From positions 1 through 38,575 of the IMG/VR virus record IMGVR_UViG_3300024309_000089: a stretch of 38,575 nt of DNA. The stretch is one strand, 5' to 3'. Below are positions 7,586 to 15,982 of this stretch, in pieces; the stretch's first letter is position 1, and every line of letters starts with the position of its first letter. Below the pieces are notes generated by a model. The model saw only the letters and a program-made list of their open reading frames with translations. It ran no database searches and was not told where the DNA came from. Source of the DNA: a virus (Duplodnaviria; Caudoviricetes). Made by a program: the position numbers and the translations under genes.

Positions 7586-7987
7586 CTAGTGCTTTGATAT
7601 CCATATCACGACCGCCAGCACAATCGCGACGCCAACCCAATACAGGACTTTGCTGGCTCCGGTGTCAGGGATTTCGCCCAATATAGTCTTCAGCGTGCCT
7701 GTCTCTGGTTCTGGATTCTGAGGGACAAGTCGGCACCCACAGTGTTTGCAGACCTTCGCCTCTTTGAGAATTAGTTCAGCGCAGTCTGGGCACTTCACGT
7801 GCGTAGCTGGATTGGGACGTTGCGCTGTTGCAGACAGGTCGGCGCACAACATAACCAGGATGACCGCCAGAAGAGGGCTGATCAAGCACGCTAAAATGAA
7901 CCATCCGAAACCGCTGCGCCCGCGATTGGATGCAATCATGCCCACGGCAAGGGCGAACAGTAGCCAGAAGAATATGATTGTGATCAT
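7586..7987 (-). CDS. Membrane protein with zinc ribbon (moron-like)
   Basis: N-terminal TM hairpin (GRSGFGWF), CPDCAE...CKHCG, C-terminal TM. Confidence 0.8.
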   Translation of the reverse strand: MITIIFFWLLFALAVGMIASNRGRSGFGWFILACLISPLLAVILVMLCADLSATAQRPNPATHVKCPDCAELILKEAKVCKHCGCRLVPQNPEPETGTLKTILGEIPDTGASKVLYWVGVAIVLAVVIWISKH

Positions 7988-8112
7988 GGTTGGATTCTAA
8001 CGGCTGTTGTGTCAAATTGTGCCAAGTCACACCGGATCTGTTGCGCATCAGCAAAAGAGCGCCCCGGTGGCGCCATGCTCAGGATGTACGCTGTAGCTTT
8101 CCGGGAGCCGCT

Positions 8113-8361
8113 ATGGACAAATCCACGATGCTGGCGCTGATGGTGACTGCGAAGAAGGGCGACCCAGGCGACTGGGAGTCGCTGCTTACTGTGTACGCTC
8201 AGCGCCTTGAGCGAATCGCCCCGAAGTTGACCGAGGATGAGCTGTACTCGATGCTCGCCGTGGGCGCAGCCATCTACCAGCGCTGGTGCCAGCACACAGA
8301 TTCGGAGCGGGAGACCGCCGAAGCGCTGTTACGGCTGACGGGGGATAGGCCGTTGGAATGA
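8113..8361 (+). CDS. Hypothetical protein
   Basis: ATG at 8113 with GGGAG SD; helical 82 aa. Confidence 0.55.
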   Translation: MDKSTMLALMVTAKKGDPGDWESLLTVYAQRLERIAPKLTEDELYSMLAVGAAIYQRWCQHTDSERETAEALLRLTGDRPLE

Positions 8362-8382
8362 AAAAGCCACCCGGAGGTGGCT
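8361..8382 (-). terminator. Hairpin terminator AGCCACC-TCCG-GGTGGCT-TTTT
   Basis: 7-bp stem with T run on the minus strand. Confidence 0.65.
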
Positions 8383-8426
8383 CCCTGAAACCACCTATGC
8401 GCGGCGTTAAGCCTATGAAGCAACGC

Positions 8427-8455
8427 TTGCTTTGGGGCGCTCAAAGAATTAAACT
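8427..8455 (+). promoter_or_regulatory. Sigma70 promoter TTGCTT-17-TAAACT
   Basis: Consensus-like hexamers, exact 17-nt spacer, directly before a structured region. Confidence 0.65.
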
Positions 8456-8461
8456 ACAGTT

Positions 8462-8583
8462 GATTTCCGGCGCTTCGGCGTTCGGCTGGAGTCTGAGTGG
8501 ATAAAACCTCTCAGCGGCCCACCGGTGGCGATATCAAGCTGTGGTGGGCGTCTGAAAGCCCCCTTTTTGGGGGCTTTTCTTTT
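8462..8583 (+). ncRNA. Putative structured RNA (three hairpins plus terminator), candidate RNA antitoxin or leader
   Basis: Hairpins at 8462-8493 (cUUCGg loop), 8493-8514 and 8517-8549, then a terminator. Confidence 0.55.
8555..8583 (+). terminator. Intrinsic terminator just upstream of the toxin ORF
   Basis: AAAGCCCCC-TTTTT-GGGGGCTTTTCTTTT. Confidence 0.8.
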
Positions 8584-8596
8584 GCATAAAGACGCC

Positions 8597-9112
8597 GTGG
8601 TAGATAACGCAAAGAAAAATACCGCTCTTCAACTGCACCTCAAGACCGGCGAAGTCGTCATTTGTGACTTCACGGGGCTTCATGAGCCGGAAATGGTCAA
8701 GCGCAGGCCTGTATTGGTCATTTCAAAGACCTCTACGCATTGGCGTGGTCTTTGTACTATCGTTCCGCTCTCCTCCTCGGAACCAAGCGCTAGCCTTCCG
8801 TGGCATGTTCTTCTGTCCCGCAATCCGCTTGCCGGCCATCTTCCCGCGGATCATCCATTTCAGAAAGCTGATCGTGTATGGGCAAAGTGCGACATGCTTT
8901 ACACATTCGCGTTTGATCGCATTACACGACCGCACGTCCGCTCCCAGGGCAGCAGAAGTTACCCTCCTGTTCGGCTACCCAAAGAGGACCTATCGGCAGT
9001 TTTTGATGGGGTCCGTGCATATCTTCCAGCAGCGCCCGTCATCACGACCGTCGAAGTCTCGACACAGACCATTTCCATATCTACGTCAGATCAAATCCCG
9101 CCTTGGGATTGA
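8597..9112 (+). CDS. PemK/MazF-family endoribonuclease (YifN-like), no evident protein antitoxin
   Basis: GEVVICDF, EPEMVKRRPVLVIS, TIVPLS, WAKCDMLYT motifs; probable GTG start after the terminator. Confidence 0.85.
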   Translation: MVDNAKKNTALQLHLKTGEVVICDFTGLHEPEMVKRRPVLVISKTSTHWRGLCTIVPLSSSEPSASLPWHVLLSRNPLAGHLPADHPFQKADRVWAKCDMLYTFAFDRITRPHVRSQGSRSYPPVRLPKEDLSAVFDGVRAYLPAAPVITTVEVSTQTISISTSDQIPPWD

Positions 9113-9175
9113 ACACGCGTTCTGCCCTTTGTTGCGCGACTGCGACATCAAGACCGCACCCACTGCCCCGCCTCA

Positions 9176-10291
9176 TCATCCCGCAGCCTGGCGCCAGCCC
9201 AGCAACAGCCGTTCGTCCACGCCATTGCGCAGGTCGTAGGGCGACCAGAGGACGGTGCCGACGATACGAACGTCGCTGCCGTCGTCCGTCGCGAGGGGGA
9301 AGGGGTGGTACTCAGGGTCCAGGTTGGTGGAGATGGCCATCCACGTGCCGTCGTTCCACTGTTCCAGACACTTCACGATCATCTCGCCTCCGCGGTTGAT
9401 GGCGTAGACGAAACGCGGCTGGACCTCATGTAGTTCGACAGGGTGGATGTCTACCAGCATCGGATTGCGGTGGCGGATGGCCGGTTCCATGCTAAAGCCA
9501 TTGCCATAGCAGATTTTCATGCGCTTGATGGGCCGCTTGAACGATTCCAGGAATGACCGGCGCAGCAGAATCTGGCCTATCTCCGTCTCTTGATAGTTCT
9601 CAATTCCAAGCTTGCCGGCCGCCATGCGCACATCAAGTTCTGGGACCGGCACGAACTCATGGTCGTTCGCAGAGTACCCAGAGTCCTCCACATGGCCCAC
9701 ATTGACCGCGTGGCTGATCCGCAGTGCGTGGCTTTCACGCTCCATCTGCTTGGTGGTCTTGCCGCCTTCCCATGGCGCAGGCAATCCAGGGATCCGCATG
9801 GGGAAGGCGTCGTCAGCGTAATCCATGTCGACCAAGCCACCCGGTTTGTGTGACTGCAAGCTAACAGGCGTAGACGCAGCAGGCGCCCGGGGCGAAACCT
9901 GTATCCCTAGTTTCATCTGGGCTATAGCAAGCTGAATTGCGCCTTCAAGGGCGTTCAATTGGGATTCGGGTAGGTCATGAATCTGATCCTCCGGGATCGT
10001 CTTGAATGGCCATGGCTTTGGCTGCGGCGGAGACTCCGATGCTGCGCTCGATCCCATATCCGGCCACGCCTTCAAACCCCAATGATCCGGCCCGGCGACA
10101 TCAGAGAAGTAGCGCCATAGCTCTGGCAACTTGTCTTTCGAGATGGAACCCTTTTTGATCCAGTCATGGATAGAGGGAGGTTTGACATTGAAATGGCGTG
10201 CAATCGCCGCCTGCGAGGGCGCAGCCCCGCTAGCAATTTTCCTTTCAATGGCGGCCTTAATCGCAGCGCCTAGTTCAGTTCCATTAAGCAT
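9176..10291 (-). CDS. cI: CI-like repressor (HTH, long linker, S24 peptidase)
   Basis: SQAAIARHFNVKPPSIHDWIKKG HTH; AAG cleavage site; GFSMEP catalytic Ser and VKCL Lys; divergent from cro. Confidence 0.92.
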   Translation of the reverse strand: MLNGTELGAAIKAAIERKIASGAAPSQAAIARHFNVKPPSIHDWIKKGSISKDKLPELWRYFSDVAGPDHWGLKAWPDMGSSAASESPPQPKPWPFKTIPEDQIHDLPESQLNALEGAIQLAIAQMKLGIQVSPRAPAASTPVSLQSHKPGGLVDMDYADDAFPMRIPGLPAPWEGGKTTKQMERESHALRISHAVNVGHVEDSGYSANDHEFVPVPELDVRMAAGKLGIENYQETEIGQILLRRSFLESFKRPIKRMKICYGNGFSMEPAIRHRNPMLVDIHPVELHEVQPRFVYAINRGGEMIVKCLEQWNDGTWMAISTNLDPEYHPFPLATDDGSDVRIVGTVLWSPYDLRNGVDERLLLGWRQAAG

Positions 10292-10362
10292 TGCCTAACT
10301 TTCGCCTTGTGATGCCACATTAGGCAATTCCTATTGACAAACATTAGGCGACGCCTAATAAT
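10283..10362 (+). promoter_or_regulatory. OR: operators at 10283-10299, 10319-10335 and 10343-10359; PR promoter TTGACA(10334)-17-AATAAT
   Basis: Perfect and degenerate copies of ATTAGGCnnnGCCTAAT. Confidence 0.85.
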
Positions 10363-10367
10363 GTGGC

Positions 10368-10646
10368 ATGGATACGAAAAACCGTCATGAAGCGCTTTAT
10401 CGCGCCTGCCAGATCGTAGGTGGTCAAGCGGCATTGGCCAGGATTCTGGAGGTCACCCCTGTGACCGTAAACCAGTGGGTCCATCTACAGCGGCCAATTC
10501 CATCTGAACGGTGCCCCGATATCGAAGAGGCGACGAGTCGTCAGGTGATGTGCGAGGAACTTCTTCCGAGCTTTCGCTGGGATGTGCTCCGGAAATCCGT
10601 CAGGACGAAGAAAGCCAAGCAGGAATCGTCGGTTGTTGCTTCGTAG
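10368..10646 (+). CDS. cro: Cro/YdaS-like repressor
   Basis: GGQAALARILEVTPVTVNQW HTH; CPDIEEAT...CEELLP motif. Confidence 0.9.
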   Translation: MDTKNRHEALYRACQIVGGQAALARILEVTPVTVNQWVHLQRPIPSERCPDIEEATSRQVMCEELLPSFRWDVLRKSVRTKKAKQESSVVAS

Positions 10647-10733
10647 AGAAAGTTGAGTTGTTCCATGCGGTGAATCTTAGTTGCGCCGCACAAGGGCCGA
10701 AAGGCTGAAAGAAATCAAATTTCAAGGTGACGC

Positions 10734-11249
10734 ATGACCTGCCGCTATACCAACACTGACTGGCTGGACGTTCTGTACAACTGCGTGCGCAAGACGCCGG
10801 GTGGTGTTGCTGATGCGGCCCGCTTCCTGACGGAGCGCCGCGGCAAGTCGATCCACCCGGAAAGCCTGCGCGCCAAGCTCAAGCGTTCCGAGGGCGATGC
10901 GATCAGCGTGGAAATGGCTGGTCTGCTGTCGGAGTGGATGGAAGAGAAAGAGGGCGGTGTCGAATACGCGCACGACTGGTTCCTGGCCTTTGCTGCAGAG
11001 CAGGGGTTGGCGGTCGACTCGATTCCTCCAGCACCTACAAACGGCTGGGCCTGCGAACTGACCGCGATTCAGTCCAAGGTCATGCAGATCGGCGCCATTA
11101 CGGGCAGCGTGCTTGGCGTGACCGCTGAGACCGTTGCAGACGGCAAGATCGACCAGTCCGAAGCTGACCGGATCGTCGAGTTCGTCCGCGATCTGCGCAC
11201 CATGTGCCACCGCCTTGAGCGCAACGTCCTGCGCGCTGCGAGCAAGTAA
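10734..11249 (+). CDS. CII-family regulatory protein
   Basis: Position after cro; ESLRAKL and ADGKIDQSE motifs. Confidence 0.7.
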   Translation: MTCRYTNTDWLDVLYNCVRKTPGGVADAARFLTERRGKSIHPESLRAKLKRSEGDAISVEMAGLLSEWMEEKEGGVEYAHDWFLAFAAEQGLAVDSIPPAPTNGWACELTAIQSKVMQIGAITGSVLGVTAETVADGKIDQSEADRIVEFVRDLRTMCHRLERNVLRAASK

Positions 11250-11689
11250 TGAGCGCGCCTATCGCATTCCAAGGTGAAGTCATGCTGGCCGGTTGGTCGG
11301 AGACCCACAACGGCGGCGCCAAGGTCACGTTCTGGCTTGCTGACGAAGGTGATCTAGCTGCATTCAAGTCTATGACGGTGGCTAAGGGCAAGACCGCTGG
11401 CCAGCGTCTGGCAATCGTAGCTGTCGAGATTGGCGACGATGAACAGCCTGTATCCCCCCAAGCTGACCAGGCGAAGGGCGGAGAACTGGCAAAGCTGGCC
11501 GGAATTTTCTGCTGCCAATCGGAATTCTATGACTTCGCCGGCCTCACGGATCGAACCATGGAAGGTGCGCGCGACTGGATCTTGCGTGTTTGTGGAATCC
11601 AAAGCCGGCGCGATTTGGATCACAACCCAACCGCCGCGAAGATCTTTCATGACCGCGTGCGCAAGCCCTACTTGGAGTCGCGGAAATGA
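11249..11689 (+). CDS. Conserved phage hypothetical protein
   Basis: CGIQSRRDLDHN..AAKIF motif; coupled ORFs. Confidence 0.7.
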   Translation: MSAPIAFQGEVMLAGWSETHNGGAKVTFWLADEGDLAAFKSMTVAKGKTAGQRLAIVAVEIGDDEQPVSPQADQAKGGELAKLAGIFCCQSEFYDFAGLTDRTMEGARDWILRVCGIQSRRDLDHNPTAAKIFHDRVRKPYLESRK

Positions 11690-12222
11690 CTCAGGAAACC
11701 TGGCGCGACGTTCCCGGATACGGCGGGCTGTACGAGGCTTCCTCGTTGGGAAGAGTTGCGACGAAATCGCGAGTGGTTAGCAAACGTACTAGGCACGGCG
11801 GGATGATGACCCAAAGATATGGCCGGAGAATTCTGTCGGCCACCACCATCAAGGGATACAAGATTGCTCATATTGGTATCAACGGCCAGAAGCTGCGGGT
11901 TGGTATTCATCGCCTGGTGTTGATGGCTTTCTGCGGTGAGGCTGGGCCTGGTCAGATTACGCGCCATCTGAACGGCGATCCTGCTGACAACCGACCCGAG
12001 AATTTAGCTTGGGGCGATCACCAGGAGAACATGCTTGATCGAAAGCGGCATGGTCGGTATGCAGTGGGCGAGCACCATTGCATGGCCAAGATCACCAAAG
12101 AGCAAGCGCTTCATATTAAGTCGTCGACAGCTTCCGGCGCCGACCTAGCACGGGCGCACGGCATAGGCCAATCGCAAGTGTCGAGGATCCGACGCGGCAC
12201 GTCCTGGCAGGAGGCGCTATGA
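11686..12222 (+). CDS. NUMOD4-HNH homing endonuclease
   Basis: ETWRDVPGYGGLYEASSLGRV; HRLVLMAF...RHLNGDPADNRPENLAW. Confidence 0.9.
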   Translation: MTQETWRDVPGYGGLYEASSLGRVATKSRVVSKRTRHGGMMTQRYGRRILSATTIKGYKIAHIGINGQKLRVGIHRLVLMAFCGEAGPGQITRHLNGDPADNRPENLAWGDHQENMLDRKRHGRYAVGEHHCMAKITKEQALHIKSSTASGADLARAHGIGQSQVSRIRRGTSWQEAL

Positions 12223-12578
12223 AAGGTCGCAACCCGACAACCGAGCAGAAGCGCTTTTGGGATCTGCTCGCTACGAATATTGGCTGCGTGGCCTCCAGGA
12301 TGGATGGCTTTTTTGATGGGCATTGTTCGATCCATCACATTGATGGCCGCACCAAGCCGGATGCTCATTGGCTGGTTCTGCCGCTTTCTGCAGGCAACCA
12401 CCAAGACGGAACCGGTATTCCGGGCCGCGTTGCAGTGCATCCGTGGAAAGCGCGATTCGAAGCCCGCTATGGCCGCCAGCGTGATCTTCTCGTCTGGTGC
12501 ATTGAGCAACTTCAGGCCCAAGGCTTGGAAGTCCCGGACGGTGCCTTGCGGGCCGCAGGGATGTTGGAGGTTGTGTGA
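12219..12578 (+). CDS. Ref-family (recombination enhancement) HNH nuclease-like protein
   Basis: MKGRNPT, SIHHIDGRTKP.AH, VHPWKARFE.RYG motifs. Confidence 0.75.
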   Translation: MKGRNPTTEQKRFWDLLATNIGCVASRMDGFFDGHCSIHHIDGRTKPDAHWLVLPLSAGNHQDGTGIPGRVAVHPWKARFEARYGRQRDLLVWCIEQLQAQGLEVPDGALRAAGMLEVV

Positions 12579-13420
12579 ACGCGATGCCCAAGTCTCCGCA
12601 GGTCGAGGACGGCCACATCAAGATTGCCAACGAGTTGTTCGAGGCAATCATGGCCTTTCCGTTCAAGCAGACCACATTGCGTGTCCTGCTCGCCGTCCTG
12701 CGCAAGACCTATGGATATGGGAAAAAGGAAGACGACCTTTCCGCTTCGCAAATCGGCGCGCTTCTGGGCGATATGAAGCGCCAGCACATCACAACGGCCC
12801 TTAACGAGTTGGCCACGATGGGCGTGATCAGCAAGAGGCCGGGAAAGTACGGCTCGCTTGTCGGCATCAACAAAGACTATTCGCGTTGGATTGCTAGTCC
12901 GAAATCCGGACAGGTGAACGAATCTCGGACTAGTCCGAATCTTGGACAGGTGAACGAAATTCGTGCATCTGCTAGTCCGAAATCCGGACAGGTCGATAGT
13001 CCGAATCTCGGACACACAAAAGACAACCTTCCAAAAGACAACCAACAAAATGAATCTGCTGGCGCAGATTCCTGCGGCGAGCAAAGCGTAAAGCTCGCAC
13101 TTGTCCCGACTCCGCCTCCCGTTATTGCCCTACCGGTCAAAGACGGCTCCGAGTTCGAGATCACTGAAGACCTGGTGGCTGAGTGGAGTGCTGCCTACCC
13201 CGGAGTGGATGTGCGCGCTGAGTTGGCAAAGGCTCGTGTCTGGCTGCGCGCATCTCCTCAGAACCTAAAAACTCGCCGCGGCATGGGGAAATTCGTGGTC
13301 GGCTGGCTTGGCCGGTCTGCTAAACCCGCACCGGGCTTTTCTTCCGCGAGGAAATCGGTACATGGAAACTTCAGCTTGCAGGACTACCACGCCGGGGTTG
13401 CAGCGGATGGTTCTTTCTAG
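12575..13420 (+). CDS. Lambda O-like replication initiator
   Basis: PQVEDGHIKIANEL, RKTYGYGKKED, GINKDYSRW motifs; internal iterons. Confidence 0.88.
   Translation: MNAMPKSPQVEDGHIKIANELFEAIMAFPFKQTTLRVLLAVLRKTYGYGKKEDDLSASQIGALLGDMKRQHITTALNELATMGVISKRPGKYGSLVGINKDYSRWIASPKSGQVNESRTSPNLGQVNEIRASASPKSGQVDSPNLGHTKDNLPKDNQQNESAGADSCGEQSVKLALVPTPPPVIALPVKDGSEFEITEDLVAEWSAAYPGVDVRAELAKARVWLRASPQNLKTRRGMGKFVVGWLGRSAKPAPGFSSARKSVHGNFSLQDYHAGVAADGSF
12895..13055 (+). repeat. Replication origin: four 18-bp iterons TAGTCCGAA(N4-5)GGACA (12895, 12931, 12973, 12997) followed by an A-rich tract
   Basis: Repeats visible directly; same layout as lambda ori within O. Confidence 0.85.
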
Positions 13421-14174
13421 CCTCACGCCGGCCAAGGGCCACTGCGAAACGCATGGCGACTTCGACGGCTACACCTTGGGTGGTGGCCCGTACTGCCCAA
13501 CGTGCGCGGAAGAGCGTTTGCAGCAAGATCGGGCAGCTCAGCAAGAGGCAACGATGCGGGAGTACCGCCAGCGTCGAGCGGATTACTTGCTGGGGCGCGC
13601 CGCGATTCCGCCGAGGTTCTCTGATCGCCGACTGTCCAACTTCGTGCCGCATGCCCAAGGCCCGGCCAAAGCGCTGGAGGTGGCCAAGAAGTTTGCCGCA
13701 GATTTCGCCGAATGCGAGAAGACCGGGCAAAGCCTGATCTTCTGCGGCGGCGTTGGAGCGGGGAAGACACATCTGGCGGTTGGCATTTGCCATGAAATCA
13801 TCGCCAAGGACAAGGTTGCCGTCTTCACTTCGGTCCTGAGCGCGATCCGGTCTATCAAGGAGACGTTCCGCAAGGGTTCGGAGATGTCGGAAGCCGACGC
13901 TATCAAGGCGCTGGTCCAGCCAGATCTTCTGGTGCTGGACGAAGTTGGCGTTCAGTTCGGGTCGGACACGGAAAAGATGTACTTGTTCGAGATCATCAAT
14001 GGCCGCTATGAGGCCATGAAGCCGACCATCCTGCTGAGCAACTTGGCCAAAGATGCCTTGACCGAGTTTATCGGCGAGCGGGTCATTGACCGACTACGAG
14101 AAGGCGGCGGGAAGATGGTCGTTTTCGACTGGCCCAGCTACCGCAGGCTGGCGGGTCATGGGGAGCAATCATGA
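13407..14174 (+). CDS. DnaC/IstB-like AAA+ helicase loader
   Basis: Walker A GGVGAGKT, Walker B LLVLDEVG, ERVIDRL. Confidence 0.92.
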   Translation: MVLSSLTPAKGHCETHGDFDGYTLGGGPYCPTCAEERLQQDRAAQQEATMREYRQRRADYLLGRAAIPPRFSDRRLSNFVPHAQGPAKALEVAKKFAADFAECEKTGQSLIFCGGVGAGKTHLAVGICHEIIAKDKVAVFTSVLSAIRSIKETFRKGSEMSEADAIKALVQPDLLVLDEVGVQFGSDTEKMYLFEIINGRYEAMKPTILLSNLAKDALTEFIGERVIDRLREGGGKMVVFDWPSYRRLAGHGEQS

Positions 14175-14545
14175 AATTTGCAAAACACGACAAGCACGGA
14201 GTTGCCATAGTCAATTGCTTGCGAATCTATGGACCTCAGACGATTCGAGACGTGGCCGAATCAATTGGGATAGAGCCGCGGAGAGCGGATTCAACAATGC
14301 GCCGGCTTATTTGCCAAGGCTACGTCGAGCGGACCGGTCAGCGTAAGGGCACTGGCTCGGGGCGTGCGGCAATCTACCGCTGGGCAGACGTGGAGGCGCC
14401 AGAGAAGCCAGAGCCAATGATGAACGCATACGAGCGAAAGCGCGCTATTGCTATGGCATATGAATTGATCCAGACATTGCGGGCTGGGTGGATTCCAGGA
14501 GCGGCAGACCCTTTCCGCGTGCTGCGGGCGCAGGTGTCGGCATGA
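14171..14545 (+). CDS. Winged-helix hypothetical protein
   Basis: GPQTIRDVAESIGI...MRRLICQGYV pattern. Confidence 0.6.
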   Translation: MKFAKHDKHGVAIVNCLRIYGPQTIRDVAESIGIEPRRADSTMRRLICQGYVERTGQRKGTGSGRAAIYRWADVEAPEKPEPMMNAYERKRAIAMAYELIQTLRAGWIPGAADPFRVLRAQVSA

Positions 14546-14718
14546 AGATCGAATTCAAGAACGCCGACATTACGTTCCTAGCGGACTACTGGATGGATAA
14601 GCATCTCCCCGGCTTTATTGGGGCCGAAGTTAAGCGAGAGCTTACGTTTGACGGTGCCGACATCATATTGACTGTCGAAGTCGTGGGGGCTGGGGATATG
14701 AAGAAGGCTTCGACATGA
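14542..14718 (+). CDS. Hypothetical protein
   Basis: ATGA overlaps on both sides. Confidence 0.5.
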   Translation: MKIEFKNADITFLADYWMDKHLPGFIGAEVKRELTFDGADIILTVEVVGAGDMKKAST

Positions 14719-15056
14719 ATCGTTCGTACGCCCTAGGGCGCCTCAAGACCGGCCAGCTCAACAAGACCGAGCAAGCCTATGCCGACTACCTTGGCCAGCT
14801 TCAGGCCGTGGGCGGCATCCTCTGGCACAAGTTCGAGGGGATGAAGTTCCGCCTGGCTGACAACACGTTCTACACGCCCGACTTCGCGGTGATGGCACCT
14901 GACGGCCAGATCCAGCTTCACGAGGTCAAAGGCTTCTGGCAAGACGACGCGCGCGCCAAGATCAAGATCGCGGCCGACATGTACCCGTTCAAGTTCATTG
15001 CAGTTAAGGCCCGCGCCAAGAAAGACGGCGGCGGCTGGCAAATTGAGGAGTTCTGA
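14715..15056 (+). CDS. DUF1064-like PD-(D/E)XK nuclease
   Basis: NKTE, YTPDF...HEVKG motifs. Confidence 0.8.
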   Translation: MNRSYALGRLKTGQLNKTEQAYADYLGQLQAVGGILWHKFEGMKFRLADNTFYTPDFAVMAPDGQIQLHEVKGFWQDDARAKIKIAADMYPFKFIAVKARAKKDGGGWQIEEF

Positions 15057-15057
15057 A

Positions 15058-15417
15058 ATGGCTATGCCGAGAAGCGTTGAAGATTCGAACAAGCAAATGC
15101 GCAATGCCGCCATTGACCGGCTGCGCAGCCAGTACGGCGTGAAGATCACCAAGCACAGCAGTTGCGCTACCAGGATCGCAGAGGAAATCCATAAGGTCGA
15201 TCCGAGTCTTCCGGCTGGTGAGGCAATGACCGTGATCCGGGCCTGGGTGGCTCTAAGGCCCAGTGAAGTGGTGCCCGCCAGACTGGCATTCGGCAGTGGC
15301 CAACCGTACACGCTTGATACGCAGATGCGGCTCGCAAAGGCGCGCTTGCAGGACATGCGTATGCCGAGCCCGGTGAACATGAGCAGCAAGGTGCTGTACA
15401 GCCCGGAGTATGCGTAA
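15058..15417 (+). CDS. Hypothetical protein
   Basis: GAGGAG SD; coupled to the next gene. Confidence 0.55.
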   Translation: MAMPRSVEDSNKQMRNAAIDRLRSQYGVKITKHSSCATRIAEEIHKVDPSLPAGEAMTVIRAWVALRPSEVVPARLAFGSGQPYTLDTQMRLAKARLQDMRMPSPVNMSSKVLYSPEYA

Positions 15418-15941
15418 TGGGCGCGCTCCTGCCTAAGTGGGCGATGGGCGACCCGGCCAAGGTCTATGAACGGATCGAGGAGTTGCGGGTGCGTCCAACG
15501 CGGCAGGAGCTGGCTGGGCAGAAGCTGGCACGACTTTTTAAGGAAGATGATATGGGCCGAAAGCTAGAGATCCCTGGGCGAGTGATGACAGCGATGCACC
15601 AGTGGGGCGAATGGGCCGCCCGCGAACAGTTCTGGACGAATCTGAAAATCACACCGTTCTGCAAAATTTTGGGGATAGCGTCTGGAAGACCGGCCCCTGA
15701 CATTCGGCTGGACCCTCAGTCTCACCAGATTCACAGGCACTATCACCGTGTTCATTGCGAGAAGACGAAGGCCATTCTGTACGCGTACTACGTGGCCCGA
15801 ACCATCTGGAGCGAAGAGCGGGAACTATTTATCAGGTCGGGTATTAGTGAGCCTACTTTCCACAGGCTTTTGAAGGCCGGGAGTGTGCAGGTATACAACG
15901 CTGCTGGCCTTGAAAAGCTTGATGAGGGTATTTCGGTCTGA
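15417..15941 (+). CDS. Probable Q-like late antiterminator
   Basis: WGEW motif and C-terminal HTH-like segment; directly before a promoter and terminator. Confidence 0.6.
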   Translation: MGALLPKWAMGDPAKVYERIEELRVRPTRQELAGQKLARLFKEDDMGRKLEIPGRVMTAMHQWGEWAAREQFWTNLKITPFCKILGIASGRPAPDIRLDPQSHQIHRHYHRVHCEKTKAILYAYYVARTIWSEERELFIRSGISEPTFHRLLKAGSVQVYNAAGLEKLDEGISV

Positions 15942-15947
15942 TATGAT
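15919..15947 (+). promoter_or_regulatory. Late promoter PR' (TTGATG-17-TATGAT)
   Basis: Consensus hexamers at the end of Q, followed by a terminator. Confidence 0.7.
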
Positions 15948-15982
15948 GCTTTTTAGATAGAGTGCGACATTTGCGCTCACAC

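Noticed and set aside
8113-8361. Protein antitoxin for the MazF-like gene
   Set aside because: No AbrB/RHH features, and it is separated from the toxin by a hairpin, a new promoter and a terminator; not fully excluded.
8462-8550. tRNA gene
   Set aside because: No cloverleaf, T-loop GTTCGA context or CCA end; the hairpins are sequential.
8525-8596. Toxin N-terminal extension from the ORF track start at 8525
   Set aside because: It runs through the hairpins and terminator, has no SD, and family similarity begins only near residue 33.
12895-13014. CRISPR-like array
   Set aside because: Spacing is irregular and short, the repeats are inside the initiator gene and there are no cas genes; these are iterons.
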